A stretch of DNA of 64,000 nt, from NCBI RefSeq assembly GCF_009914755.1, contig NC_060943.1; one strand, 5' to 3'. Numbering within the stretch: the first letter of the stretch is position 1; every line of letters starts with the position of its first letter. Positions 34,646 through 55,090 of this stretch are shown here, piece after piece. The position numbers were made by a program, and so were the translations under genes. This DNA is from the human T2T-CHM13v2.0 reference genome, Homo sapiens. Under the pieces are notes generated by a model, which was not told the origin of the DNA, did no database searches, and worked only from the letters and a program-made list of their open reading frames with translations.

Positions 34646-34707
34646 GCCGACAGCTGCCCCTATGGCACCATGTACCTCTCACCACCCGCGGACACCAGCT
34701 GGAGAAG
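34646..34707 (+). CDS. CRTC1: CRTC1 exon 4 (62 nt, phase 0-2): [20 protein letters not shown](R)
   Basis: AC acceptor after the U12 branch point; donor AAG|gtcagt. Conserved YLSPP...SWRR motif. Confidence 0.95.
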
Positions 34708-34947
34708 GTCAGTGGCTGGACACCCCCCCCCCGCCCCCTTCTTGTTGGAAACAAAACCAAACTCTCATCATGGTTACATGTGGAAAAGCAGGACACAGTC
34801 GCTTAAACAATGACCAAACTAAGATGCATCCAGAAGTTTCTAGAAATTAGCCTTCACCCTGAAACACAGGAGTTCCAGCTTTGGGAGGTCTTCTAACATT
34901 TCCCTTCCCCCCACTTATGACAAAAAAAAAGACAAAAACAAAAGTGG

Positions 34948-36362
<1,415 letters not shown>

Positions 36363-36519
36363 TTAGTAAACGGAAGAAAAGTAAGCAAGCTGTTCAAAAT
36401 ATATATGTATACTACAATATTAAATTCTCACCAAGCCCGTATCATAGGTCAGGCCCTGTTCCCACCATCACATTCATTAACTTATATAAAATGAATGGAG
36501 CTTTATGGAGTGGGCAGTG

Positions 36520-36615
36520 TGTTCATCTCCATTGTAGTCCGTGTTAGACATGAGGAAATTGAGCACAGAGAGGTCAAAACACTTGCTCAGAGACACATAG
36601 CTGGTGGTGGCTGTA
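36520..36615. mobile_element. MIR fragment
   Basis: catgaggaaattgagcacagagaggtcaaaacacttgctcagagacacatagctgg resembles the MIR core. Confidence 0.65.
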
Positions 36616-37374
36616 CCCACATTTTGCCTGGCAGCCAAGGAGGCTTTCTGGGGACCCACTCTTGAGGCACCTGCAGCCAGGAGCAGATTGGGTGGCCTTG
36701 TGCTTTCTCCCCATCAGTTCCTAGAGGGAAATGCGGTCCCTGGAGGTAGAGGGAAGAGCCTCTCCTGGGCTAGTTGAAGCAAGACCTCCTGCCTCAGGTT
36801 GGCTTCCCAACCACGGGGGCCTCTAAGTGGCTTCATTCCTTCCGGGGCCTTCTCCTAGCCCATTCCACCTGTCACACTGGGTTTGTGTGACACTGAGCAT
36901 CCTAGAGGGCACAGTCACCTGATTGTGTTTGTCACCAAGAGGGGACCTGGTGACAGACTGGAGGCTCATACCCCAAGGCTGGGCACCTGTGGGGCTCCTT
37001 CTTTGGGAGGTTTCAGCAGGAGGGCACTGTCCTTTCCCCAAAGCCAAGAAGCCTTGCTCTGTTGCCCAGGTTGGTCTTGAATTCCTGGGCTCAAGTGATC
37101 CTCTCACCTCAGCCTCCTGTGTCGCTGGGACCACAGGCGTGCGCCACCTCGCGCGGCTGCTTTTTGTTTTTCACGAGCTTTGCAGATGAACACCGCAGTC
37201 ACTCTGGTGGCTCTTTTTAGAATGAGGTCCCGAGAGCTTTGCTCAGGTGCAGCAGCTCACAAAAATGATCCACAGCTGCCACCCTGTCCATCCAGCGTGT
37301 CCCAGCTGGGATCAGGACTATCGCATTGTCTGCCTTGGGCTGAGGCTCATTGTCTCTTCCTCCCTCCCCACCAG

Positions 37375-37469
37375 GACCAATTCTGACTCCGCCCTGCACC
37401 AGAGCACAATGACGCCCACGCAGCCAGAATCCTTTAGCAGTGGGTCCCAGGACGTGCACCAGAAAAGAG
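37375..37469 (+). CDS. CRTC1: CRTC1 exon 5 (95 nt): [31 protein letters not shown]
   Basis: Acceptor tccctccccaccag| and donor GAG|gtatgg. Contains the [11 protein letters not shown]/14-3-3 site (S151, codon 37382-37384). Confidence 0.97.
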
Positions 37470-37494
37470 GTATGGACAGGGGACTCGGGTGTCT

Positions 37495-37690
37495 CTGCTG
37501 GGGTGAGGCAAGTCCAGCAGGTAACCCCTGTTCTCCAGGAGGTCACAAGCTTGTGGGCAGATGGCTCTTCAAAGGAAGACTCAGACCATGCTGAGGGATC
37601 GGGGGAGGGGATCGGAAACTTTCAGAGGTGGTGCTACTTAAGTTGGATTTTGAAGAGTGCATAGGAGTTTTCTAGGCAGAGAAAACAACC
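37495..37690. mobile_element. L2 fragment (probable)
   Basis: ttcagaggtggtg...agttggattttgaagagtgcataggagtttt resembles the L2 3' region. Confidence 0.5.
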
Positions 37691-38835
37691 CTGCAGGCGC
37701 ACGTTGGCTCCCATTCCTGGATTGAGGGCGTGGCCATGAAGTCTGGGTGCTGCACAGATGCTGGTTTCAAATGTAGCGGCAGCAAGCCCACGCAAAGGAG
37801 CATTTGTCAGCTCATGACAGAGCAGGCCAGGGGTCGACTTCTAGCCACAGGTTCAGCTCCTTCCACTGCTTCCCACTGGACTGTTTCCTGGCTCTGCTGC
37901 TGAGAACTCTCCTCGCCTGCAGCCCCTGGGCCCGTCCTAGCTATAGCGAGTGAGAAAGAGGCCATCTCTTCCCAACTCTTGGCCAGAGTGTCGCCTCCAG
38001 CTGAGCCATGCACACCCCTGTGGCGGGGACAGATCTGTACCCAGGTCCTTGGCTCCAATTTGAAGCCGGGCGTGGAGGCGGCACCCTGGGAACCTTCAAG
38101 GAGGGCATATGCTGTCTTAAAAACTGGGGCGGTGCCATCAGAGAAGGGAGCTTGGAGGCTTGAGGCCAGCCCCAGGGAACCTGGTGTGGCCCAAGGCACT
38201 GAAGCCAGGGAGTTGCACGTGCTTAGGGCTCACATACCTATGCTTGTATTGCTGCCGTTCACCGAGTGGGTGGTTAACACGCAAGGGAGATTCTGCTGAT
38301 AGGAGGAGGAAGAGGAGGAGGAGGAGGACTGTTGGCCAGAACCTCACTCCGGGGTTCCGGCTCAGCGTGCAGCAGAGACGGGAGGGAGAAGAGAATGTCT
38401 CCATAATGAAAATGAGGCTTCTGGAACACCCAGGGGTGCTGAGGATAGCACAGTGCCTGGGGCTTCCCTGCTATTCCTAATGAGCAGGCTGTTCTGAGGC
38501 TGCTGCCTGTCCTACTAGGTCCCCACAGACAGCACGTCCGAGGGGTGGGCAACAGGATGTCACCATCCCCTGGAACACTGTAACCTGGGAAAGGAGCTGT
38601 GACATGGGACCCCTGGTGGCCTTGGAGTGGGGGCCTGGCAGGGACACATCATCTATCCCCACTCTCCTCGGAGCGCCTGAGGTGGTGACAGGGCTGGGGT
38701 TGGCCTGGCTGCCTCCTCGCAGCCTGGCTTTCAACAAGGAAGGGGTTGGCCTATCTGGCTGTGCTCATCGTGGGTCTCCCAGTTACAAGTAAAAAAAATG
38801 AAATGTGCAACAGGCATAAAGAAAATGGGGAAATG

Positions 38836-41187
<2,352 letters not shown>

Positions 41188-41411
41188 CTATGAGCTTTCA
41201 AAAACTTTTTTTCTTCTTTCTCTTCTCAAGCATCACCTGGGCAAAGGTGACAAAATGGCAGGTTGGGGTGGCTTCACCTTCCCAAGACAGGGAACCTCAC
41301 TCCGATTTTTCCATCTTCAAATTCAGAGAATCTGTTAGGTCTGTTGATCACTAAGATCACTAACAGCAGGCCTTATCCAACAGGCCGGAACTGCACAAAA
41401 ATTACAACCCA

Positions 41412-44222
<2,811 letters not shown>

Positions 44223-45188
44223 TTCTAACAACAAACAAAACAAGAAAACAAATGTCCAGCAGCAGAGAGGTGGGTAAGTAGGCCACGGTCCACCCACACA
44301 GCTGGATGTTCTGCCGTTACTCAAGAAAAGGAAGATGGCGACAGTCACCTTGCAGAGGGAGACACACCCCGATAGTGGAGTGGGGTGGTGGGTGAATTTT
44401 TAATACTGCTCAGAAATCCATTAATGTCTCCATAATGTTGGTGGAATGCTTTTCAAAGTATTCTTGAGAACGTGATCGCCGGTGTGCTTTGCAGAAATCC
44501 GGTAATGAAGCGAATGTTTACTCTCAGAATGAAGGAGGCTCTGGCCAAGCAGAAACCCATTCAGCCGGCGTTCTCCACAGAGGCTTAACACCCGCCGGTC
44601 GCACGCCACCCCTCGGGCACCCCAGTGGCTGCGGGTTGGGCATTGCCCCCTCACGGTGTGTGCATTTTGAGGCCAGCCCCACCCTCTGCCAGCATGTTCG
44701 CCTTTTTCATCTGATAATCCTGAAAGAACTCAGCCAGAAGTGTTTGCCCCAGGGCCCCAGGGGCGGAAACGTGTCACACTGGGAGGCCTCATCCATGGCT
44801 GGGGTTCTGTCTGGTCATGCCTGCCAAGAGCAGAAGACGGTCCTGCCTTTGTCCTTGAACAGGAGTCTCGGGGGCCCCTACCTGGAGCCTGTAGTTCCCC
44901 AGGGCCTGCAGTGATCCCATGTCTTGGCTGGTGTTAGTGCCCCCAACTCACAGGGGAGGAAACATTGGTCCTCCAGGAAGGTTTTCCTGGGCACCCCCTC
45001 CCCAGGGCCAACTCACCGGCCTCTGTCTGTGAGCGGTGGGGGCTTGGAGGCTGCCCTGCTACCCTACGGTGTCCTCACAGCCAGAGCCAGACCCCACCCT
45101 GCCTCAGAAGCCCTTGGAGGTACCCGGCAGGTCTTTCTGCTGGGATTATGATTTTCTTTCCCATTGCTGTGAAAGTCCATACTTCAGT

Positions 45189-46014
<826 letters not shown>

Positions 46015-46647
46015 TCAAAGGCTCTGTGGGCCACAGTCCAAGAGGAGCCTATTGTGGGCCCTTTCCATACACCATGTCCATGTCCCGAAAGTGTCCTGAC
46101 AGTGCTCCTCAGCCAAGCAGAAAAACCAGTGTCATGCTGAGGGCTACCCAAGCCCTAGTCAGTGGGGGATGAGTGTGGCTGCCCACATAGCAGAGGGACG
46201 TCTCGGGACTCTCAGGAAGTAGCAGACCCTGAGGGTCCCCGGGGAAGTCACATGTCTAGGTCTCTGCTGCAAAGCTGGTCAGCCCCAAGACAGGGGCAGT
46301 GACCTCTGAACTGAGTTTAGGGCATCAGGTCCAAGCTTCCTGGGTCTCCCCTGACTCAGTTCTTCCCTCCTTTGGGCCTTGGGCTTGATTCACTCCCTGG
46401 AGACTGGTGGCTGCTCACAAACTTGCCTGGTGGGCACTGGACAGAGGCAACTCCTGCCCCCGGAACCCCTGCCACCATGATCTGGGAACAGCATGGATGG
46501 TTGGGGACAGCTCTAGGGACACTTAGCCTCGGGTACCAGGGCTTAGGGCGGCCAGCTTAGCAGAGGCCCCTCTACTGTGCTGGCTGCTGACTGCTGTGGT
46601 ACAGCGTTGGGAGTGTCAAGAGGCGCTTTACACAAAATTTAAAAAGC

Positions 46648-46815
46648 AGCCGGGCGCAGTGCAGTGACGCGTGCCTATGGTCCCAGCCACTCGGGAGGCT
46701 GAGGCGGGAAGATCATGAGCTCAGGAGGTTGAGGCTGCGGCGAGCTGTGATCACACCACTGCACTCTAGCCTGGGTGACAAAGTGAGATCCTGTCTCTAT
46801 GAAATAGAATAAAAA
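46648..46815 (+). mobile_element. Alu monomer
   Basis: Right-arm-like Alu with an A-rich tail. Confidence 0.8.
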
Positions 46816-47145
46816 TTTAAAAAGATCCACATGCCATGTTCTCCCCAGACTCCTCTGAAAAGAGACTGCCCACTGAGGGCAGGAGCAGGGGGAGGGGACC
46901 CATAGGGAGACCCTCTCTGTGCAACTCTTGGCTTCGCGCTGGGCATGTCTGGGGCCCGCCCCTCCACCCTGGGGCGGTGCCCCTGTCCTCCATCTGTGGG
47001 GCTCTGCGGCCCCAGCAAGCTTGGTTCTCATGATGCATCTCTGGGCTTTGTGGGAAGATCAGCCGTTTCAAGGAGGCCCAGTGCCCAGGAGGAGGGCCCC
47101 ACAGGGTGTGCCCCAGGGCTCAGGCTCTCCTGTCTTCTCTTTCAG

Positions 47146-47186
47146 ACGGGGTCCAGGCCCAAGTCCTGTGAGGTCCCCGGAATCAA
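47146..47186 (+). CDS. CRTC1: CRTC1 exon 7 (41 nt): TGSRPKSCEVPGI(N)
   Basis: Acceptor tcttctctttcag| and donor CAA|gtaagt. Conserved SRPKSCEVPGINIF; the PxIxIT-like calcineurin docking motif PGINIF spans the exon 7/8 junction. Confidence 0.96.
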
Positions 47187-47602
47187 GTAAGTCTCCACAG
47201 GGCCCACCCCGCACACTGCATCTGCTGCGCTGCTCCGTCCACCCTGGGGCATTCTGTCCACTCTCTTGAGGTTGCAAGTCCCTGCAAGAGGGACACTGTG
47301 TGACCAGAGGCCAGTGACAGAGCCCCCACATGCCCACCCCTCAGGCACCTCATTCCCAGGGATGATGCCCTCTCCTGGGTTCAGGGAGGTTGCTGCCCCC
47401 AGGCCCCCCACCGTCCTCACCGGGTGATAGGCTGCTTTCCAAGGTCTCAGCCTGGTGCCAGCCAACAGTGGTTTCCCAAGCACACGGCACCTGATGGGGG
47501 GTGGCCTTTTGCACCCGCTGATTTTCTCCCGCCAGCCCCCTGTCCCCGCCGCCAGCCCCGCCCCATGAGCTCACCTCCTGCCTGCCTCTGGCCTTTTCCC
47601 AG

Positions 47603-47823
47603 CATCTTCCCGTCTGCCGACCAGGAAAACACTACAGCCCTGATCCCCGCCACCCACAACACAGGGGGGTCCCTGCCCGACCTGACCAACATCCACTTCC
47701 CCTCCCCGCTCCCGACCCCGCTGGACCCCGAGGAGCCCACCTTCCCTGCACTGAGCAGCTCCAGCAGCACCGGCAACCTCGCGGCCAACCTGACGCACCT
47801 GGGCATCGGTGGCGCCGGCCAGG
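47603..47823 (+). CDS. CRTC1: CRTC1 exon 8 (221 nt): [44 protein letters not shown]...GIGGAGQ(G)
   Basis: Acceptor ccttttcccag| and donor AGG|gtaagg. Contains the NTGGSLPDL site (S245) and the [11 protein letters not shown] motif. Confidence 0.97.
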
Positions 47824-50539
47824 GTAAGGCAGGGACACTCCGCCCTCGGACAGAGCACTGGCTTGTGGAGACAACACGGGCATCTGCAGGATGACTTGGC
47901 AGAGTCCCGTTCCAAATACTAGGGCATGGGGGACAGGGCTGGGGGGCGGCCGACAGGCTGACCCAGCGGGCACAGGCATCCCAGGTAGGGGTGGGGCCTG
48001 GGTACAGGCCTGGTGGAAAGGAGTGCCTGGTGCCCCCAGACACCAGACAGTGGGTTTGAGGGTGTGTGATGGTGCTTTGGGGAGTCCAGGAGGGAAGCCC
48101 TGGGAGTTTTAACGCAGCTGGGGTGGGCCAGGCCTTCCCTCCGCCCCTCCTCGACCCCAGCCCCTCATTGGGGGGCGGGACCAGGCCTGACCTGCTTCCT
48201 CCACCCGACATCTGACAGTGACCACCTACTTGTCACATCCCAGCACCACCACCCCCACCCGTCTCCAGCTCCACACTCCTTTCTTCCTCAGCCACATCCA
48301 CAGGGACGTCGCACAGGCCCCTCGCCCGTCCCAATAGCTCCTGGCGCTGCTGCCGCCCTGCTCCCCCGGGACCCCCCTCCTGTGGCTGCACTGATTGCAG
48401 AGGTGTCCCCCAACTCCTCTGTCCTTTCCCAGACATGGACCTGACCCATTGTCAGCGTGTCCTGTCGGTTCCGCCCTCAGGACCTGGCCTGACCTGGCTC
48501 CTCTCCCCAGGCCCCCAGCCCCCTCCCCACCTAGAACAGCCACCAGCCATGGCTTCCTCCACTTGGGACCTCGCACGGCCCCCAGCTCCCTCTCAGTGAA
48601 AGCCTGAGGCCTCCAGGGTCTGGGATGTCCACCCTGGCCCACCCTCCACCCTCTGAACTTAGCCCCAGTCCCACCTCAGGGCCTCTGCACATGTAGTCCT
48701 TCCTCTCCAGGAGGCTGCAGGCCTCCCTCCCTCCCCTGCCCTGCCCTGCCCTGGTCAGAGCTAGTCCCCTTGGCAAGGCCGTCCCGGCCCTGGCCTCTAC
48801 TGCCGCGTTGCTTTCCTGCACCCCTGCCCTGGCCCACGTTGCTGCTCCGTCCTTAGCTGTTGCCTGCGTCCCCATTGGCTGTGCAGTGTGTGACCTGCAT
48901 CCCGGGGGTGGCAGGCACCTGGCTTCCAAGGAGGAGAAATGGCGTGGCCCCAACTAGTCCTGGGGGGTGGGACAGGCTGGAGGGGCTGTGGGGGATGCAC
49001 TGGGGGTGGGGGTGACAGACGCCACCTTGCTGTGCTCTGTCTTGCCCCAGAGCTGGAGAATGAACCGGCCCCGGCCCACTCCACCAGCCCATCCTGCCTC
49101 TGCCCCAGGCTTGGAAGGCAGCACCAGGCAGGGCTTTCTATGAGATAGTCACATGCTTACATTTGTAACTGGCGGAGTCCCCCTGGCTGCCCTGGAAGAA
49201 GGAGCTTTTGGGAGGGGCGGCCACTGGAGCAGGACAGCACCCCAATTGGGGGCTCTGCCTGGAGACTCCAGGGTGAAATTGGCCAGCCTGGGAGCTGGGT
49301 TGATGCAGGGAGTGAAGGAGAGGGAGGAGCCTGGAGGCGTTCCTGGCTTTGGTGCCAGCAGGGCCAGGGGCAGGCAAGGGGCGTGGAGGGTGGCGTGAAT
49401 GTTCCTGGGTTTTTTGGAGGAGGGCATGGGGACTAGAATAGTGAAGAGGGAACAGGGCCCCAGCCCGAGCGCATTGAGGCTGCATTCTGACTCCCACACC
49501 TGGGCCCTGGGCCCTGGGCCCGCGGGGCTCTGCCACTGGACAGAGGGCACCAGAGAAGGCCCAGAAAACACAGCCGATTCGGAGGAGCCCTCTTCATTGT
49601 CTCCAGATAGACAGGGCCAGGCAGGCGGCATCCACACGCACCTGCGCAGAACCAGAAAGCTGAAGGTCAGCGCTGGGGCTGCAGGTACCCCTGCCCCGCA
49701 TAGAAGCCACCATCTCCCAGCCCCTGCTTTTCCCCTCACATCTCTTCACGGCCACCAGAGCACATGGCCCCCTTCCCGCTGGAGGGTCCTTGGCAGGTCC
49801 CCAGCGCCCGCCCGGGAGCTGCGCACCTCCAGCAGGCACCCAGTCTAAACAAGCACAAGGAAACACACAACATACGTGGAAGCTGGAGCCGGCGCTGGCC
49901 AGAGCGGCCCGGTAATGCCTGACATGTGTTGGGTTGTTTGTGAACCTGCCGCCCAAGCAGCTCGCCTGGCAGGGGCTTTGCTTTCTGGACGCCTTTTAAA
50001 TCAAGCCGAGCTGCCGGCCCCTGGCACACACGAAGGTGGCCCCCTCCCTCCTCGCAAGCCCACCCGCCAGTCAGAACGTGAGCTCCCTCAGGAAGGAAGA
50101 CAGAGGCCTTCGCGGCCGAGGAGACAGTACCCCGCTTGGCTCCATCTACATTTCCCATATCCCTGGCTGCTTTCCAGAGTGCAGGAGGAGGGCAGGCCCT
50201 GGCTCCTCCTTCCTGGCCCAGCTTTGAGGCCGGGCGGGCCCTGACACCTGGCCCGCCCTCCCCTGGCAGCTCTCCCTGCCCGCTCCAGACTTCCCCTCCA
50301 GCTGGCTCTGTGCCTGTTCCCAAAGGTGAGCCAGGTTGCCAAAAGGAATTCAACAGCAAGGCTCCCGTCCGCCCTCCTGGGCCAACTGGCCTCTCCAGGG
50401 GTGGCCGAGAGCTCACTTTGCAGCCAGTGGAAGATTAAAAACTCCCTTGTATTCAGGGCAGACATTAGAGACTGGCAGCCCAAGGGCCAAATCCAGCCCA
50501 TGGTATGTTTCGTGTGGGCCCACAGTTGTGCATCTGTAA

Positions 50540-51189
<650 letters not shown>

Positions 51190-52998
51190 TACTTAGAATC
51201 AACATTGAAAAACCAGGGGAATGCCCGTAGAACACCAGATTTCTGGCTGCTCTTGAAGAATCAGACAGCCCAGTGGCCATGGCCGATGTCTTGCACCTCG
51301 AGACGGGCCACAGTGCTCTGGTTTGCCTCAGGCCCCACCCGCCCCTGTCGTCCCACATCCATACCCTCACACGCTCCTGACGTTTGCCCCTACTTTGTAC
51401 CGAGCCCGACCTCTGCTTCTGACCTGGGCACTGAGCATCTCTCGGCCTGCTGGACGCACGAAGTGGCAGACACTCAGGAGAAGATGAGGGAGTGGCCCAG
51501 GGTCGTGACTCTGAGTGTGCTCTGAGCAGGCTTCCCCCACATCCTCCCGTCCAGGCCTCTGTTGATGCCTCCCTGGACGCCAGGGCCTGCAAAGGGCGCT
51601 TGCTGCCTGGGGAGCAGTCAACAGCACCAGGCTTCCTCCCACAGTGCGCAGCCAAGCAGAGCTGCCAGGGCATCCGAGGGGAAGTGCAGGCGTGACCGAG
51701 CTCGCCCCGGTGAGCAGCTGCCCTGGGCACGGACAAGGCTGTCATCTCCCCTCGGCGCTTGTCGGGTGTGTTCCCATGGGCCCACGCACCCGCCGTCTCA
51801 TCTGCCGGAACAAGGTTAATCTGGTGCCCAGATCTCCTGGGGTGAGTCAGGCGGCTTCACCCCCGCCTTGACTGCAGGCCAGATGCTCTTCAGAGACTGC
51901 TCCTGACCTCACCAGGGCCTCACTTTGAACCGGAGAGGGCGGCTGTTATCGTCGCCATCTCACCAACCAGGGAACCAAGTCTCCAGAGTGGATGGGGGTC
52001 AGGCCAGGCTCGCAGGGGTCCTCCTGCCATCGAGGGGCCTGTTGCCTGCCTGGCATGGTGCCCACAATAACCCAGCCAGCCCCAGCTACTGCCATGTTGA
52101 ACTTGACCTCACCCAGCTTCATCACTGCAGCAGAATCCAAGGATTGGGTTGCTCAGTGCAAGGGCCTTCGGGGCCGGGGTGAGGGAAGGGGTGATGAGGC
52201 GGCTCCTGGCAGGACCTCCAGCAGGAATGATGTGTCAGACCCCAGGGCAGAGAGGGGGAAGGATGTTAAGGAGTGACATTCTTTAGTTCAGACAGCCTGA
52301 TGGGTGGCACTGCAGCTTGGGGAATGCACCAGGTCTGGGGAGGAGGAAGTGGCTGTGGGACATAGGGGATAGCAGGTGCTCAGGTCTGGGGGCCAAGAGA
52401 AGCAGCTGCAGGAATGGGCACATTCACTGAAGGAGGGCAAGATCCACGAGGTGGTGGGCAAAACCACAGCATTGGGCAGGGCCTGCTGGCTTGAAGCTAA
52501 CCACAACCCAAGCCATTTTCAGCCAAAAAAAACCATTTATTGTCTCCTGAAAGTGGGAAGCAGGCTCAGATGCTGCCTCTCCCCTGCAGCCCTTCAGCTG
52601 GCTCCTCACCTCGCCACAGGATGCCCCACACACGGCTTCAGACAGCCCTTCCTGGAATTCCATCCAAAGCCCCTGGGAAGGCTCTCATTGGGCCAGCCTG
52701 GTTACATGCCCATCTGGGGGCCAATCTTATGCTCCAGAGATGGGGATGTGCTGGTTGGCTGGCTGTGAGACACCCCCTTCCTGGAAGGAAGGAGAACAGA
52801 CTCTGCAGGACTGTGGGACCCTCGGGTCAGGAATCAGGGCCTTCGGGGGGTGCCCAGGTTTGGCAGTTGGGACATGTCCATGGGCTTCTGTCTGAGCAGT
52901 TGAGCTATTCCCATGCAGTGTGACTGTGGGTGTGTAAGCAGCCCTTTCTCAGTGATCAGTCTCACACCTGCTCTCCCTCCCTCCTACTTCCTCTCTAG

Positions 52999-53123
52999 GA
53001 ATGAGCACACCTGGCTCCTCTCCACAGCACCGCCCAGCTGGCGTCAGCCCCCTGTCCCTGAGCACAGAGGCAAGGCGTCAGCAGGCATCGCCCACCCTGT
53101 CCCCGCTGTCACCCATCACTCAG
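52999..53123 (+). CDS. CRTC1: CRTC1 exon 9 (125 nt): [41 protein letters not shown]
   Basis: Acceptor cttcctctctag| and donor CAG|gtgcga. In frame. Confidence 0.95.
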
Positions 53124-53274
53124 GTGCGAGGGCAAGGTGGGGGGCAGGTGGGAGGGGGAAAGGGAAAGGTGGAGGCCTGGCTCTACCTCTTAGAAGGCCT
53201 CCTGTTCCTTCCAGGAGGCCACAAAACCTTGAGAATGCTCCCAACACTTTTAGTTTTTATTATCAAATTTTCAA

Positions 53275-53570
53275 GCCGGGTGCCGTAGCTCATGCCTGTA
53301 ATCCCAGCACTTTGGGAGGCTGAGGCGGGTGGATCAGTTGAGGTCAGGAGTTCGAGACCAGCCTGGCCAACATGGTGAAACCTCGTCTCTACAAAAAATA
53401 CAAAAATTAGCTGGGCATGGTGGTGTGCGCCTGTGGTCCCAGCTACTAGGGAGGCTAAGATGAGAGGATCACTTGAGCCCAGGGGGTGGAGGCTGCAGTG
53501 AGCCATGATCACACCACTGCACTCTACCCTGGGAGACAGAGTGAGACTCTGTTTCAAAAAAAAAGAAAAA
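53275..53570 (+). mobile_element. Alu
   Basis: Sense Alu with poly(A). Confidence 0.92.
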
Positions 53571-53574
53571 ACTC

Positions 53575-55090
53575 AAGAGGTTAGCTTTTGATTTTTCAAT
53601 TTGCTGTATTTGCTTGTCTACTTTTTTGGGTAGTTTGTATGTGTCTAGGAATTTGTCCATTTCGTCTTTGCTATCCAACTTGATGGCAGAAAATTTTTCA
53701 TAATACTCTTTTGTAATCCTTTTTTTTTTTTTTTAAGACGAAGTTTTGCTCTGTAGCCCAGGCTGGAGTGCAGTGGCATGATCTCGGCTCACGGCAACCT
53801 TGCTTCCTGGGTTCAAGCCATTCACCTGCCTCAGCCTTCCAAGTAGCTGGGACTACAGGCATGTGCTACCATGCCTGGCTAATTTTTTTTTTTTTTTTTT
53901 TTTTGGTATTTTTAGTAGAGATGGGGTTTCACCATGCTGGCCAGGCTGGTCTCGAACTCCTGACTTCAAGTGATCTGCCTCCTTTGGCCTCCAAAAGTGC
54001 TGGGATTACAGATGTGAGCCACCGCGCCTGACCGTAATCCCTTTTTTAAAAAAATTTTTGAGACAGAGTCTCGCTCTGTCACCCAGGGTGGAGTGCAGTG
54101 GCGTGATCTTGGTTCATTGCAACTCTGCCTCCCAATTTCAAGCAATTCTTGTGCCTCAGCCACCTGAGTAGCTGGGATTACAGGTGACCGCCACCACGCC
54201 TGGCTAATTAAAAAAAATAATAATAGAGATGGGGTTTTGCCATGTTGGCCAGGCTGGTCTCGAACTCCTGGCCTCAGGCAATCTGCCCACCTCGGCCTCC
54301 CAAAGTGCTGGGACTATAGGCGTGAGCCACCACACCCAGCCTTGTAATCCTTTTTATTTACGTAAAGTTGGTAGCAAAGTTCCCATTTTCATTTTCTGAT
54401 TTTAGTAATTTGAATCTTCCCTCTTTTTTACCTAATCAATGCAGCTTCATAGAATGAGTTAGGAATGTTCACTTCTCTTCTATTTTTTGGAAGTATTTTT
54501 AATTCCTCTTTAAAAGTTTGGTAAAATTAGGCGGGTGTAATGGTAAATTCCTGTAGTCCCAGGTTTGGTAAAATTCACCAGTGCAGCCACCTGTGTCTTA
54601 GCTCAAATGTGTTGGGAAGTTTCCAATCTCATCTCCTTCTTATAAGGCTATTCAGGTTTTCTGTTTTTTCTTGAGTCAGTTTTGGTCATTTGTGCATTTC
54701 TAGAAATTTATCCATTTTGTCTTTTTAAAAACAAAACAAAAAAACCCTAACAGAGAACTTTGACATTTTTAAAATTTTTTTATTTTTTAATTTTAATTTA
54801 ATTTTTTTTTTGAGACAGAGTCTCACTCTGTCGCCCAGGCTGGAGTGCAGTGGCGTGCTCTTGGCTCTCCTGCAGCCTCTGCCTCCCAGGTTCAAGCGAT
54901 TTTCGTGCTAGCCTCCCAAGTAGCTGGGATTACAGGCATGTGCCTACCATGCCCAGCTGAGTTTTGTATTTTTAGTAGAGACAGAGTTTCGTCTTGTTGA
55001 CCAGGCTGGTCTCAAACTCCCAACCTCAAGTGATCACCCTGTCTCAGCTTTCCGAAGTGCTGGGATTGCAGGTGTGAGCCACCGCGCCCG
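53575..55090 (-). mobile_element. L1 ORF2 relic interrupted by antisense Alus (53720-54031, 54040-54341), followed by an antisense Alu (54795-55090)
   Basis: Minus-strand [13 protein letters not shown] matches the L1 ORF2 motif EMDKFLDTY. Confidence 0.82.

Noticed and set aside
50460-50530. Possible hAT/Charlie-type relic flanking the Tigger3 element (continuing at ~51195-51280)
   Set aside because: The resemblance is suggestive, but I cannot assign a family or ends by eye.
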